Positions 49,009 through 60,013 of a stretch of 64,000 bases of DNA are shown here, in pieces. Numbering within the stretch: the first letter of the stretch is position 1; the number at the start of each line of letters is the position of its first letter. Both the position numbers and the translations under genes were made by a program. The stretch is taken from assembly GCA_913047375.1 (NCBI GenBank), contig CAJWTV010000004.1:12428-76427 (forward strand), written 5' to 3'. Below the pieces are notes generated by a model that had not been told where the DNA came from, did no database searches, and worked only from the letters and a program-made list of their open reading frames with translations. The DNA comes from an uncultured Polaribacter sp. (GTDB lineage Bacteria > Bacteroidota > Bacteroidia > Flavobacteriales > Flavobacteriaceae).

Positions 49009-50598
49009 ATGCAAAAAACTATTAGAATAGGAACTCGTGATAGCCAATTAGCACTTTGGCAGGCTAATAAAGTTCGTAAAGAATTAGCTGTACTTGGCTA
49101 TGAGTCAATTTTAGTTCCTATAAAATCTATGGGAGATATTATCCTAGATAAGCCTTTGCATGAATTAGGAATAACAGGTGTTTTTACCAAGAGTTTAGAT
49201 ATAGCAATGTTGAATGGGGATATAGATATCGCTGTCCATTCGTTAAAAGATGTACCAACCTCTTTACCAGAGGGAATTGTTCAAGTAGCAGTTTTGAAAA
49301 GAGCAAATTATAGTGATATTTTAGTTTTAAAAGGTACCGAAGAGTTTTTTGGACAACCAAATGGAGTTATAGCTACTGGAAGTATTCGAAGAAAAGCGAT
49401 GTGGTTGAACAGGTATCCAACACATAAAGTAGTAGACTTGAGAGGTAATTTAAATACACGATTACAAAAAGTTGAAGAAAATAATTGGAACGGAGCTATT
49501 TTCGCTGCTGCAGGTTTAGAAAGAATTGGAAAACGTCCTAATGGAGCAGTAAATCTTCCTTGGATGATTCCTGCGCCAGCTCAAGGAGCAATTATGATAG
49601 TTGCCTTAGAGAATGATAACTATACTAAAGATGCATGTGAGCAATTAAATCACCACGAAACAAAAGTTTGTGTTGGGATTGAACGTGAGTTTCTAAGATT
49701 ACTTGAAGGTGGCTGTTCAGCGCCTATAGGAGCATTAGCGTATGTTGATGAAAAAACAGAAGAAATAAATTTTAAAGGAGTTTTATTAAAAAGTGATGGT
49801 TCTAAAAAGATTTCAGTTAATAAAACTGCAAAAATAGGGAGTCATGAGTTTTTAGCTAAAGATTGTGTAGACTATATCATAAATAGGGGAGGTCGAGAAT
49901 TAATGATTGAAGATGGTGAAGCATCCATTAAGAATCATACAATCTATTCTACTAAGAAATTATCCGAGCCACAAAAGAAAAATTTAGATAATACAATTGG
50001 TATAAAAGACAGTGATTTTATTAAAATTAGATTTAATAGAATTCCTGCAAAAGTGATGAAACTTCAGCACGAAAATGTAATAATTACTAGTCAGAACGGA
50101 GTGGAAGCATTATTAAATTCTTTCACAAAAGAAGAAATCAATTTTAAAAATATTTTTTGTGTAGGCAGAAGGACTAAAAAATTAATTGAAAAGAGAATCG
50201 GAAAAGTCACTTATGCTGCCAAAAATGCTTTAAAATTAGCAGAGTATATTTCAAAAGAGACAGAAATTAAAGAGCTTTCTTACTTCTGTAGTGATTTAAG
50301 ATTAGATGTCTTACCAACTTATTTACAAGCAAATAATATCATTGTAAATGAGGTTGAAGCTTACAAGACAATGTTAAGTTCAGTAAAAATTGATGAATCT
50401 ATTTCTGGAGTATTATTTTATAGTCCATCAGGGATAGATAGTTATTTGCAAGAGAATCATAAAGGAAAAATAGCATTTTGTATCGGAGAAACTACTGCTT
50501 TTGAAGCTCGAAAACATTTTAAAAATGTTCAAGTTGCAAATATGCCAGATGTAGATAGTATTTTAGAATTGGTAAATAATCATTTTTCAGAAAAATAA
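49009..50598 (+). CDS. hemC: Hydroxymethylbilane synthase fused to uroporphyrinogen-III synthase (HemC-HemD)
   Basis: GTRDSQLALWQ, VHSLKD and GGCSAP in the N-part; TSQNGV, VGRRT, FYSPS and IGETTA in the C-part. Confidence 0.93.
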   Translation: MQKTIRIGTRDSQLALWQANKVRKELAVLGYESILVPIKSMGDIILDKPLHELGITGVFTKSLDIAMLNGDIDIAVHSLKDVPTSLPEGIVQVAVLKRANYSDILVLKGTEEFFGQPNGVIATGSIRRKAMWLNRYPTHKVVDLRGNLNTRLQKVEENNWNGAIFAAAGLERIGKRPNGAVNLPWMIPAPAQGAIMIVALENDNYTKDACEQLNHHETKVCVGIEREFLRLLEGGCSAPIGALAYVDEKTEEINFKGVLLKSDGSKKISVNKTAKIGSHEFLAKDCVDYIINRGGRELMIEDGEASIKNHTIYSTKKLSEPQKKNLDNTIGIKDSDFIKIRFNRIPAKVMKLQHENVIITSQNGVEALLNSFTKEEINFKNIFCVGRRTKKLIEKRIGKVTYAAKNALKLAEYISKETEIKELSYFCSDLRLDVLPTYLQANNIIVNEVEAYKTMLSSVKIDESISGVLFYSPSGIDSYLQENHKGKIAFCIGETTAFEARKHFKNVQVANMPDVDSILELVNNHFSEK

Positions 50599-50608
50599 AT
50601 ATTAGAAA

Positions 50609-51574
50609 ATGTTTAGAACTCGTAGATTAAGAAAATCTGAAGGTATTAGAAGATTGGTCAGAGAAACAAAATTATCTATAGATGATCTTATTTATCCAGT
50701 TTTCATCGAAGAAGGAAAAAATATAGAAGCAGAAATAGTCTCAATGCCTGGGATTAAACGATTTTCTTTAGATAGGATTTCTAAAGAATTAGATGAAATT
50801 TTATTTTTAAATATTCCAGCCGTAATGTTATTTGGAATTCCCTCCAATAAAGATGATCAAGGAACAGAAACATGGAACGATAATGGAATTATTCAACAGG
50901 CAATTCGTTTTATTAAAAAAAAATATCCAAGTCTATATGTAATATCAGATGTATGTTTTTGTGAATATACTTCTCACGGTCACTGTGGTGTAATTCAGGA
51001 TGATGATGTTGATAACGATGCTACTTTATTAAACATTGCAAAACAAGTAATTTCTCATGCAAATGCTGGAGTAGATATGGTTGCGCCCTCTGGAATGATG
51101 GATGGGACTATTTCAATGGTACGAGAATCTTTGGATAATACTGGTTATGTTAACTTACCCATTATGGCATATTCTGTTAAATATGAATCTGCCTTTTACG
51201 GTCCTTTTAGAGATGCAGCTGACTCATCACCAACTTTTGGTGACAGAAAAACATATCAAATGGATCCATCTAATAGAGACGAGGCTTTGCGAGAAGCAAC
51301 TTTTGATGATCAAGAAGGGGCTGACATTTTAATGGTAAAACCAGCTTTATCATATTTAGATATTGTTCGTGATTTAAAGAATAATTTTGATAGACCAATT
51401 GCTTGCTATAATGTAAGTGGAGAATATGCAATGATAAAATCAGCTGCAGAAAAAGGTTGGATTGATGGAGAAAAAGTAATGATGGAAAGTTTACTGTCAA
51501 TGAAAAGGGCAGGAGCAGATATCATAATTACATACTTTGCTAAGGAAGCAGCAAAGTTTTTGTTGAAAAGTTAA
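50609..51574 (+). CDS. hemB: Porphobilinogen synthase
   Basis: [32 protein letters not shown] and YNVSGEY. Confidence 0.97.
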   Translation: MFRTRRLRKSEGIRRLVRETKLSIDDLIYPVFIEEGKNIEAEIVSMPGIKRFSLDRISKELDEILFLNIPAVMLFGIPSNKDDQGTETWNDNGIIQQAIRFIKKKYPSLYVISDVCFCEYTSHGHCGVIQDDDVDNDATLLNIAKQVISHANAGVDMVAPSGMMDGTISMVRESLDNTGYVNLPIMAYSVKYESAFYGPFRDAADSSPTFGDRKTYQMDPSNRDEALREATFDDQEGADILMVKPALSYLDIVRDLKNNFDRPIACYNVSGEYAMIKSAAEKGWIDGEKVMMESLLSMKRAGADIIITYFAKEAAKFLLKS

Positions 51575-51619
51575 TCTGTTTAAATAGATTGTAATTAAAC
51601 AAATAAACAATAACATAAA

Positions 51620-52906
51620 ATGTTTAAAAAATCTCAAAAATTATACGAACAAGGATTGGTGAATCTTGTTGGAGCAGTAAATTCTCCAGTTAGAGCCTTT
51701 TCTTCAGTTGGTGGTAATCCTTTGTTTATTAAAAAAGCGAAAGGGAGTAAGATTACAGATGTTGATGGAAACGAATATATAGACTTAGTTTTATCATATG
51801 GACCAATGATTATAGGTCATCGTCACAAACAAGTACAAAGAGCAGTTGTAAAAGCATTGAAAAACGGTTATTCTTTTGGAGCGTCAACAGAAAATGAAAT
51901 TATTTTAGCAAAAATAGTTTGTGATGCTTTCCCAGAAATGGATAAAGTCCGTTTTGTAAATTCAGGGACAGAAGCAGTTATAAGTGGAGTTCGCTTGGCA
52001 AGAGCATTTACAGGAAAAGATAAAATAATAAAATTTGCAGGTTGTTATCATGGACATCAAGATTCATTATTAGTTGCAGCTGGATCGGGACTAGCAACTT
52101 TGAGTTTACCGGGTTCTAAAGGAGTTCCTGAAGGTGCTGTGAAAAATACCCTAATAGCAGAATACAATAATTTAGAAAGTGTAAAAAAACATTTTGACGA
52201 ACATAATGATATTGCAGGTGTTATAATCGAGCCAATTTGTGGTAATATGGGAGTAGTCATTCCACAGAAGAGTTTTTTAAAAGAGTTAAAAGACTATTTA
52301 GAAACTAAAAATGCTTTGTTAATCGCAGACGAAGTAATGACCGGTTTTCGTTCTAAATTTGGCGGTGCTCAAGAGTTATTGGGTGTTACTGCAGATATTA
52401 CCTGTTTAGGAAAAGTCATTGGTGGAGGTTTTCCTGTAGGCGCTTATGGCGCAAGAAACGAAATTATGGAAGAGGTAGCTCCTTTAGGAGGTATGTATCA
52501 AGCAGGTACTTTAAGTGGAAACCCGATTGCTATGGCAGGAGGAATTTCTACTCTAACAGAATTACAAAATCAAGATCCGTATAAAAAGTTTAATATAATT
52601 GGAAATACTATAGAAACTATTTTATTAGAAGCGGCTAAAAAGTATAGTGTAGATTTAGTAGTAAATAGATTTGGATCAATGATGAATCCTTTTTTTACAA
52701 ATAGTCAAGTGACAAATTTTAAGGAGGCTCAAACTTCCGATATAAAAAAGTTTGCTGTTTTCTTTTGGGAAATGATAAAAAATGGTGTGTTTTTACCACC
52801 ATCACAATTTGAAGCTTGGTTCTTATCATCGGCATTAACAGTTAGGGATATTAAAAAATTAGCTATAGCGGTAGATAAGGCCATGATGGCCGTTTCAGAA
52901 ATGTAA
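51620..52906 (+). CDS. hemL: Glutamate-1-semialdehyde 2,1-aminomutase
   Basis: [33 protein letters not shown] and PPSQFE. Confidence 0.97.
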   Translation: MFKKSQKLYEQGLVNLVGAVNSPVRAFSSVGGNPLFIKKAKGSKITDVDGNEYIDLVLSYGPMIIGHRHKQVQRAVVKALKNGYSFGASTENEIILAKIVCDAFPEMDKVRFVNSGTEAVISGVRLARAFTGKDKIIKFAGCYHGHQDSLLVAAGSGLATLSLPGSKGVPEGAVKNTLIAEYNNLESVKKHFDEHNDIAGVIIEPICGNMGVVIPQKSFLKELKDYLETKNALLIADEVMTGFRSKFGGAQELLGVTADITCLGKVIGGGFPVGAYGARNEIMEEVAPLGGMYQAGTLSGNPIAMAGGISTLTELQNQDPYKKFNIIGNTIETILLEAAKKYSVDLVVNRFGSMMNPFFTNSQVTNFKEAQTSDIKKFAVFFWEMIKNGVFLPPSQFEAWFLSSALTVRDIKKLAIAVDKAMMAVSEM

Positions 52907-52908
52907 TT

Positions 52909-53940
52909 ATGATAAAAAACGATTTATTTTTAAGAGCACTAAAAGGAGAAATTGTTGATAGGCCTCCCGTTTGGATGATGCGTCAAGCAGGAAGGTATTT
53001 GCCAGAATTTATGGAAATCAAAGCAAAGTATGATTTCTTTACACGTTGTAGAACTCCAGAGTTAGCATCAGAAATAACTGTACAGCCAATTCGAAGATAT
53101 GGAATGGATGCTGCAATATTATTCTCTGATATTTTAGTTGTTCCACAAGCAATGAACGTTGAGGTACAAATGAAACCTGACTTTGGGCCTTATTTACCAA
53201 ATCCAATACGCACACAAAGAGACGTAGATAACGTAATTGTTCCAGATGTAAATATAGAGTTAGATTATGTTTACCAGGCTATAAAGGCTACCAAAGAGAA
53301 ATTAAATAATGAGATTCCTTTAATAGGTTTTGCAGGTTCTCCTTGGACAATTTTGTGTTATATGGTCCAGGGTCAGGGTTCTAAAAACTTTGATAAGGCA
53401 AAAGAGTTTTGTTTTACAAAACCGGTTGCTGCTCATCAATTATTACAGAAAATAACTGATACAACTATAGGGTATTTAAAAGCAAAGGTTTCTGCAGGAG
53501 TCAATGCTGTTCAAGTTTTTGATTCTTGGGGAGGAATGTTATCTCCAGTAGATTACCAAGAATTTTCTTGGCAATATATACAGCAAATAATAGATGCCTT
53601 AAAAGAAGAGGCACCTGTGATAGCTTTTGGAAAAGGATGTTGGTTTGCTTTAAATGAGATGTCTAAATCAGGTGCTTCTGCATTAGGTGTTGATTGGACA
53701 TGTTCTGCAAGGAATGCACGTTATTTATCTGGAGGTAATATTACTTTACAAGGTAATTTCGATCCATCTAGATTGTTGTCTCCTCCAAAAGAAATTAAGA
53801 AAATGGTTTATCAAATGATCAACGAATTTGGGAAAGATAAATACATCGTAAACTTAGGACATGGTATTTTACCAAACATTCCATTAGAGAATGCAAAAGC
53901 TTTTGTTGACGCCGTAAAAGAATATAAAAGTCCATCTTAA
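52909..53940 (+). CDS. hemE: Uroporphyrinogen decarboxylase
   Basis: [19 protein letters not shown] and NLGHG. Confidence 0.98.
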   Translation: MIKNDLFLRALKGEIVDRPPVWMMRQAGRYLPEFMEIKAKYDFFTRCRTPELASEITVQPIRRYGMDAAILFSDILVVPQAMNVEVQMKPDFGPYLPNPIRTQRDVDNVIVPDVNIELDYVYQAIKATKEKLNNEIPLIGFAGSPWTILCYMVQGQGSKNFDKAKEFCFTKPVAAHQLLQKITDTTIGYLKAKVSAGVNAVQVFDSWGGMLSPVDYQEFSWQYIQQIIDALKEEAPVIAFGKGCWFALNEMSKSGASALGVDWTCSARNARYLSGGNITLQGNFDPSRLLSPPKEIKKMVYQMINEFGKDKYIVNLGHGILPNIPLENAKAFVDAVKEYKSPS

Positions 53941-53979
53941 ATTTTCTTAAAAGCCGATGTTAAAGTTTTAAAATAGTTT

Positions 53980-54885
53980 ATGAGAAATACTTTTTATTCA
54001 TACATAGAAAAGCTACAAGATCAGATCTCATCTAAATTAGAGAAAGTTGATGGAAAAGCTACTTTTCAAGAAGATTTATGGCAACGTAAAGAAGGAGGTG
54101 GTGGAAGAACACGGATAATTGAAAATGGAACTATATTTGAAAAAGGAGGAGTAAATATCTCTAAAGTTTTTGGAGAGCTACCAGAGGTATTAAGAAAACA
54201 ATTTGGGGTAGAAGAAGGTGATTTTTTTGCCTGTGGTTTAAGTTTAGTTTTACATCCTATAAACCCTTTTGTACCGACAGTTCATGCAAATTGGCGTTAC
54301 TTTGAAATGTATAATAGTAGCGGAGATATTGTTAATCAATGGTTTGGAGGAGGCCAGGATTTAACTCCTTATTATTTATTTGATCAAGATGCAATCCATT
54401 TTCATACTATATGTAAAACTGCTTGCGATAAACATCATAAAGTTTTTTATCCAAAATTTAAAGAATTATGTGATACCTATTTTTGGAATACTCATAGAAA
54501 TGAAGCTCGAGGTATAGGAGGTTTATTCTTTGATTATTTAAAAGAAACAGAAGAGTTTACAATTCAAGATCGTTTCAATTTCGTAAAAGAAATTGGAGAT
54601 AGTTTTTTAGATAGTTATATTCCAATTGTTGAAAAAAGAAAAGAAATTCAATTTACTAAACATCAGAAAGAATGGCAAGAAGTTAGAAGAGGTCGTTATG
54701 TTGAATTTAATTTAGTGCATGATAAAGGAACTCTATTCGGATTAAAAACAAATGGTAGGATCGAAAGCATTTTAATGAGTCTACCACCAATAGTAAAATG
54801 GAAATATAATTATCTTCCAGAAGAAAATTCTCAAGAGGAAATCCTCTTAAAAGTTTTAGCAAATCCTCAAAAGTGGATTATATAA
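53980..54885 (+). CDS. hemF: Oxygen-dependent coproporphyrinogen III oxidase
   Basis: EKGGVN, WFGGG.DLTP, RRGRYVEFNL and RIESILMSLP. Confidence 0.98.
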   Translation: MRNTFYSYIEKLQDQISSKLEKVDGKATFQEDLWQRKEGGGGRTRIIENGTIFEKGGVNISKVFGELPEVLRKQFGVEEGDFFACGLSLVLHPINPFVPTVHANWRYFEMYNSSGDIVNQWFGGGQDLTPYYLFDQDAIHFHTICKTACDKHHKVFYPKFKELCDTYFWNTHRNEARGIGGLFFDYLKETEEFTIQDRFNFVKEIGDSFLDSYIPIVEKRKEIQFTKHQKEWQEVRRGRYVEFNLVHDKGTLFGLKTNGRIESILMSLPPIVKWKYNYLPEENSQEEILLKVLANPQKWII

Positions 54886-55155
54886 ACTTGATTTTTTCAC
54901 ATATTAAATTACTTTAAACTTTATTACTTTGATGTTTTTTTTGAATGCAGCAAAAATAATAATAATATACTTGATTAATTACCATATATTTAATATAATT
55001 ATAATATTAGTCAATTTTGTTATCATATTTTTATAATTAATCAGTATTTAATGATAATAATTTAAAAAATAGAAAAATCAATCTTTTATTTCTATTAGAA
55101 TTTTTAGTAAAAAACCATCTGTTTTTAGTATTTTTACATTTACAAAAAGAAAGGA

Positions 55156-56466
55156 ATGGCAAGATTCGAGTTAAAATTACCAAAAATGGGAGAAAGTGTT
55201 GCAGAAGCGACCATCACATCTTGGTTAAAAGGAATAGGAGATACTATAGAATTAGATGAAGCTATTGTCGAAATTGCTACAGATAAAGTAGATTCTGAAG
55301 TTCCATCTGAAGTAGAAGGAACTTTGGTTGAAATCTTATTTAAAAAAGATGATCTTGTTGCTGTTGGATCTACTATTGCTATTATTGAAACAATAAGTGA
55401 TATTGATGAATCTAATAATGCGCCAAATCCAGAAATATTAAGTGAAGTTACTCAGTTAGAAGAATCTTTAAAAATCATTGAAATAAATGAAGCCCCAATA
55501 ACAAAAACTTCTCCAAGTGGGAAATTTTATTCTCCACTAGTAAGAAATATTGCTAAAGCAGAAAATATTTCAATGGCTGAATTAGAGATGATAAATGGAG
55601 TTGGAAAAGATGGAAGAGTTACAAAAGATGATATTCTTTCTTATCTAGAAAATAGAAAATTAATACCGAATAATAATACCACAAGTAAAGTAATAGAGAA
55701 AGTTGAAAAATTTATACCATTACAAGTTCAAAAAGTAACTCCTGTATCTGTTAACGGGGAAGATGAAATAATAGAGATGACCAGAATGGGAAAATTAGTT
55801 TCCAAGCATATGGTTAATTCAGTTCAAACTTCTGCTCATGTTCAATCTTTCATCGAAATAGACGTAACCAATATTGTGAAATGGAGAAATAAAGTTAAAG
55901 ATGGATTTTTTATCAGAGAAGGTGAGAAATTAACTTTTACGCCTATCCTAATGCACGCAGTAGCATCTACAATAAAAAAATATCCATTAATTAATATTTC
56001 TATAGATGGTGATAATATTATCAAAAAGAAAAATATTAATTTAGGAATGGCAGCAGCTCTTCCTAATGGTAATTTAATTGTTCCAGTAATTAAAAATGCA
56101 GACCAATTAAATTTAGTAGGTATGACCAAATCTGTAAATGATTTGGCAAACAGAGCAAGAAATAATGCATTGAAACCAGATGAAGTTCAAGATGGAACGT
56201 ATACAGTTACTAATGTTGGTGGCTTTGGTTCAGTAATGGGAACACCAATTATTAATCAACCTCAAGTTGCAATCTTAGCCCTTGGAGCTATTAGAAAAGT
56301 TCCAGCTGTCATTGAAACCTCAGAAGGTGATTTTATAGGAATTAGGCAAAAGATGTTTGTTTCACATTCTTACGATCACAGAGTTGTAAATGGTGCTTTA
56401 GGTGGTATGTTTATTAAAACTTTAAAAGAAACTTTAGAGGCTTGGGATATTAATCAAGACTTTTAA
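55156..56466 (+). CDS. 2-oxoacid dehydrogenase E2 dihydrolipoamide acyltransferase (probably branched-chain complex)
   Basis: One lipoyl domain TDKVDSE, E3-binding domain, SYDHRVVNG. Confidence 0.9.
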   Translation: MARFELKLPKMGESVAEATITSWLKGIGDTIELDEAIVEIATDKVDSEVPSEVEGTLVEILFKKDDLVAVGSTIAIIETISDIDESNNAPNPEILSEVTQLEESLKIIEINEAPITKTSPSGKFYSPLVRNIAKAENISMAELEMINGVGKDGRVTKDDILSYLENRKLIPNNNTTSKVIEKVEKFIPLQVQKVTPVSVNGEDEIIEMTRMGKLVSKHMVNSVQTSAHVQSFIEIDVTNIVKWRNKVKDGFFIREGEKLTFTPILMHAVASTIKKYPLINISIDGDNIIKKKNINLGMAAALPNGNLIVPVIKNADQLNLVGMTKSVNDLANRARNNALKPDEVQDGTYTVTNVGGFGSVMGTPIINQPQVAILALGAIRKVPAVIETSEGDFIGIRQKMFVSHSYDHRVVNGALGGMFIKTLKETLEAWDINQDF

Positions 56467-56493
56467 TTCAAAGTATTTTCTCATTTATTATAA

Positions 56494-56534
56494 TTCATAA
56501 AAAAACCAGCAAATTTTGCTGGTTTTTTTATGAA
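56494..56534. terminator. Bidirectional intrinsic terminator
   Basis: Perfect inverted repeat TTCATAAAAAAACCAGCAAA/TTTGCTGGTTTTTTTATGAA between convergent genes. Confidence 0.92.
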
Positions 56535-56549
56535 CTTTTTTAAGAAAAC

Positions 56550-58163
56550 TTATGCTAACATTGTAACGGGATTTTCAATAAAAGTTTTTAAAGTTTGTAA
56601 AAATTGAGCGCCAATTGCACCATCTACAGTTCTGTGGTCACAAGCTAAAGTTAATTTCATAGTATTTCCAATAACTATTTGTCCATTTTGAACCACTGGT
56701 TTTTCAATAATTGCTCCAACAGATAAAATTGAAGAATTAGGTTGATTAATAATAGAAGTAAAACTTTCTATACCAAACATACCTAGATTAGAAACAGTAA
56801 AAGTACTTCCTTGCATTTCTTCAACTTTAATCTTTTTCTCTCTTGCTTTACTAGCTAAATTTCTCACAGATGCACCAATTTGAGTTAAACTTAGTTGATT
56901 TGTATATTTCACAACTGGCACTAATAATCCTTCATCTACAGCTACAGCTACTCCAATATGAATATGACTATGGAATAACGTATTTTCCTCAGTCCAAGAA
57001 GTATTTACTTGTGGATGTTTTTGTAAAGCCATTGCGCAAGCTTTAACAATCATATCGTTAAAAGAAACCTTTGTGTCAGGTATAGTGTTGATAGTCTTTC
57101 TTGAAGCCATTGCATTACCCATATCAACTTCTATATTTAAGTAAAAGTGGGGTGCATTAAATTTAGAGTTTCCTAAAGATTTAGCAATTGCTTTTCGCAT
57201 TTGAGAATTTTTGTGCTCCATAGTATTTTCTTTTCCTGCTATCGTAAAATTAGAGACTATCGGTGTTAAATTAGGAGTAGATATAACCTCTTTCGTTTCT
57301 GAAGTTAAAGGAGTATAATTTTCTACATCTTTCTTAATGATACGTCCATTTTCACCTGACCCTTTTATTTCAGCGAGATCATACCCTTTATCAGATGCTA
57401 TTTTCTTTGCTAAAGGAGATGCAAAAATACGTCCAGTGTCATTCTTAGAGATAGTTGCTATTTTAGTTTCTTCAACTTCTTCTTTTACAATAATTTCTTC
57501 AGGTTTATCGATCACTAATTTTATAGTTGAAGCTCCATTTTTAATAATAGCGGATACATCAGTTCCAGCAGGACCAATAATAGCTAGTAGACTATCAACG
57601 GGTGCAGTTTCTCCTTCTTTTACACCAATGTATAATAATACTCCTTCATAGAAGCATTCAAATTCCATAGTTGCTTTATCAGTTTCAATCTCAGCTAAAA
57701 TATCACCTTCTTCAACATTATCATTTACTTTTTTCAACCATGAAGCTACTGTACCATCAGTCATAGTGTCACTTAATCGTGGCATTGTAATTACTTGAAC
57801 ACCTTCAGGAATTGTAGTGTTAGCATCTGGTATTTTTTCTAAATTAGTTTCTTTTTCTTCTGAACGCTCAGTAGGAGTTTCATTTGAAGAATCATCTTGT
57901 TTTAAAATTGCAGAAATATCCTCACCTTCATCTCCAATAATGGCTAACAGAACATCAACCGGGGATGTTTCTCCTTCTTTTACTCCAATATATAATAAAG
58001 TTCCTTCATGAAATGATTCAAATTCCATTGTAGCTTTGTCGGTTTCGATCTCTGCTATAATATCACCTTCTTCAATTTTATCTCCAATATTTTTTAACCA
58101 TTTTGCCACAACACCTTCTTCCATAGTGTCACTCAAACGCGGCATATTTACAATTGTAGCCAT
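56550..58163 (-). CDS. pdhC: Pyruvate dehydrogenase E2 with two lipoyl domains
   Basis: Two MPRLSDTM..ETDKATME domains, ASPLAKK and CDHRTVDG. Confidence 0.95.
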   Translation of the reverse strand: MATIVNMPRLSDTMEEGVVAKWLKNIGDKIEEGDIIAEIETDKATMEFESFHEGTLLYIGVKEGETSPVDVLLAIIGDEGEDISAILKQDDSSNETPTERSEEKETNLEKIPDANTTIPEGVQVITMPRLSDTMTDGTVASWLKKVNDNVEEGDILAEIETDKATMEFECFYEGVLLYIGVKEGETAPVDSLLAIIGPAGTDVSAIIKNGASTIKLVIDKPEEIIVKEEVEETKIATISKNDTGRIFASPLAKKIASDKGYDLAEIKGSGENGRIIKKDVENYTPLTSETKEVISTPNLTPIVSNFTIAGKENTMEHKNSQMRKAIAKSLGNSKFNAPHFYLNIEVDMGNAMASRKTINTIPDTKVSFNDMIVKACAMALQKHPQVNTSWTEENTLFHSHIHIGVAVAVDEGLLVPVVKYTNQLSLTQIGASVRNLASKAREKKIKVEEMQGSTFTVSNLGMFGIESFTSIINQPNSSILSVGAIIEKPVVQNGQIVIGNTMKLTLACDHRTVDGAIGAQFLQTLKTFIENPVTMLA

Positions 58164-58166
58164 ATT

Positions 58167-59156
58167 TTAACTTATAAAAGGATAATCTTTTTGTTCATAT
58201 ACCATATCATACATTTGTTGAGGCTCTGGATACGGAGAATCTTCTGCGAACTTTTCGCATTCATTCACCATTTCCTTTACTCCTTTAGCAATTGCTGTAA
58301 TCTCTTCTAAAGTAGCGTAATTTTTTTCTAAAATAATATCTTTTACTTGAGTAATAGGATCTATTTTTTTATACTCTTCTACTTCGTTTTTTGTTCTATA
58401 GTTTTGTGCATCTGACATTGAGTGTCCTCTATATCTATATGTTTTCATTTCTAAGAATGTAGGTCCATCTCCACGTCTTGCTCTTTGTATAGCCTCGTCT
58501 ATTGCTTCTGCAACCTTAATAGGGTTCATAGCATCTACGGGACCACAAGGCATTTCATAACCTAATCCAAGTTTCCATATATCTGTATGGTTAGCAGTTC
58601 TTTCGACTGAGGTACCCATAGCATAACCATTATTTTCAACTATAAAAATTACTGGTAATTTCCATAGCATCGCCATATTAAATGCTTCGTGTAAAGAACC
58701 TTGTCTAGCTGCACCATCACCAAAACAGGTTAATGTAACAGCATCACTTCCTTTGTATTTATCACCAAAAGCGATACCTGCTCCCAAAGGAATTTGGCCA
58801 CCAACGATACCGTGACCACCATAAAAACCAAATTCTTTAGAGAAAATATGCATAGAGCCACCCATTCCTTTAGATGTTCCTGTAACCTTTCCATATAATT
58901 CAGCCATAACCTTTTTTGGATCTTCTCCCATTCCAATTGGTTGTACGTGATTTCTATATGCAGTAATCATTTTATCTTTAGATAAATCCATTGCATGCAA
59001 AGCTCCTGCCAAAATAGCTTCTTGTCCGTTATATAAATGAAGGAAACCCCTTACTTTTTGTTGTATGTATACAGAAGCTAATTTATCTTCAAATTTTCGC
59101 CAAAATAGCATATCCTTATACCAATCTAAATAGGTTTGCTTGGTGATTTTTTTCAT
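58167..59156 (-). CDS. pdhA: Pyruvate dehydrogenase E1 alpha subunit
   Basis: GFLHLYNGQEA, TPP motif GDGA..ENN and YRYRGHSMSD. Confidence 0.97.
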   Translation of the reverse strand: MKKITKQTYLDWYKDMLFWRKFEDKLASVYIQQKVRGFLHLYNGQEAILAGALHAMDLSKDKMITAYRNHVQPIGMGEDPKKVMAELYGKVTGTSKGMGGSMHIFSKEFGFYGGHGIVGGQIPLGAGIAFGDKYKGSDAVTLTCFGDGAARQGSLHEAFNMAMLWKLPVIFIVENNGYAMGTSVERTANHTDIWKLGLGYEMPCGPVDAMNPIKVAEAIDEAIQRARRGDGPTFLEMKTYRYRGHSMSDAQNYRTKNEVEEYKKIDPITQVKDIILEKNYATLEEITAIAKGVKEMVNECEKFAEDSPYPEPQQMYDMVYEQKDYPFIS

Positions 59157-59271
59157 TCTGAAATTGTTGTTGTTATTTTATTTACCTTTTACTTCAACCA
59201 CAAAAATAACTGTTTTAAATAGAATAAAAAAACATGGTTTTATCTATTTACTTAAACCTTTTCGTCTTTCT

Positions 59272-59937
59272 TTATTTATCCTTAGCGATGATCAGATTAG
59301 CCTTGGCACCAGTAGCTAAATTCCATTCATTAGAAGACAATAACAATCCGGAATCATTATATATCTTGAATGCAGCTGTATTTGGCCCAGAAGAACCTTG
59401 ATTTAATGCTAATATGGTAATATTATTAATTCCTTTTTCTAATGGAATGTTAAATTTTTGATATCGTTGTTGAAGAATAATATTTACGATTACTGGAATA
59501 TTATTAACTAAAATTGTAACTCTATCACCATCTGGATATTGATAATCTCTACAAATAATATTTATGCTTCCAGAGTTTGTTCTTAAGCTTCCTAAATCTT
59601 GATCAATAACAGGGTATTGATACATCCCATTAATTTTTTTGAATGCTTTTAAAAATCGTTCTTCTCTTATCTGTTTTTGAGTAATAATACCTTTGTTATT
59701 CAACTTTTCTTCTGTCTGTTTCCTTTTAAGTTGTTTTTGCTCTTTTTCGTAAGCTTCTTCAAATCCTTTAGACGGATCTAATTTGATAGATTTAGGTCTC
59801 TTAATTTCTTTTGTATTGGTAGAAATTATAGTCCGTATTTTTCCAATTTTATTATCAGAACGATTATTATCAATTTGTGATTGCAATTTTATTATGTTGA
59901 ATAAAATGAATATTATAGAATATGATAGATATTTCAT
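59272..59937 (-). CDS. Conserved hypothetical secreted protein
   Basis: Signal peptide; C-terminal beta-rich domain DGDRV..ALNQGSSGPNTA. Confidence 0.75.
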   Translation of the reverse strand: MKYLSYSIIFILFNIIKLQSQIDNNRSDNKIGKIRTIISTNTKEIKRPKSIKLDPSKGFEEAYEKEQKQLKRKQTEEKLNNKGIITQKQIREERFLKAFKKINGMYQYPVIDQDLGSLRTNSGSINIICRDYQYPDGDRVTILVNNIPVIVNIILQQRYQKFNIPLEKGINNITILALNQGSSGPNTAAFKIYNDSGLLLSSNEWNLATGAKANLIIAKDK

Positions 59938-60013
59938 GTTTTTTTATTGATGGCCCTTGTTAGCAAATATAATGACGATTTTAAATTATGTTGTTTAGAA
60001 TTTGTTAAAACTT

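Noticed and set aside
54886-55155. Very AT-rich spacer as a possible origin or ncRNA
   Set aside because: I saw no DnaA-box cluster, stable structure or ORF.
56494-56534. Long perfect palindrome as a possible MITE or REP element
   Set aside because: It is single-copy in the window and positioned as a bidirectional terminator.
57570-58163. Internal duplication in pdhC
   Set aside because: These are two lipoyl domains, a normal E2 architecture.
1917-58936. Short antisense or alternate-frame ORFs in the track (e.g. 1917-2168, 4504-4758, 7755-8066, 10019-10384, 22050-22358, 55842-56129, 57337-57651)
   Set aside because: They lie almost wholly within well-supported genes and show no motifs; they are shadow ORFs expected from codon bias.
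55156-59156. Two convergent E2 genes and no pdhB nearby
   Set aside because: Split 2-oxoacid dehydrogenase genes are usual in Flavobacteriaceae.
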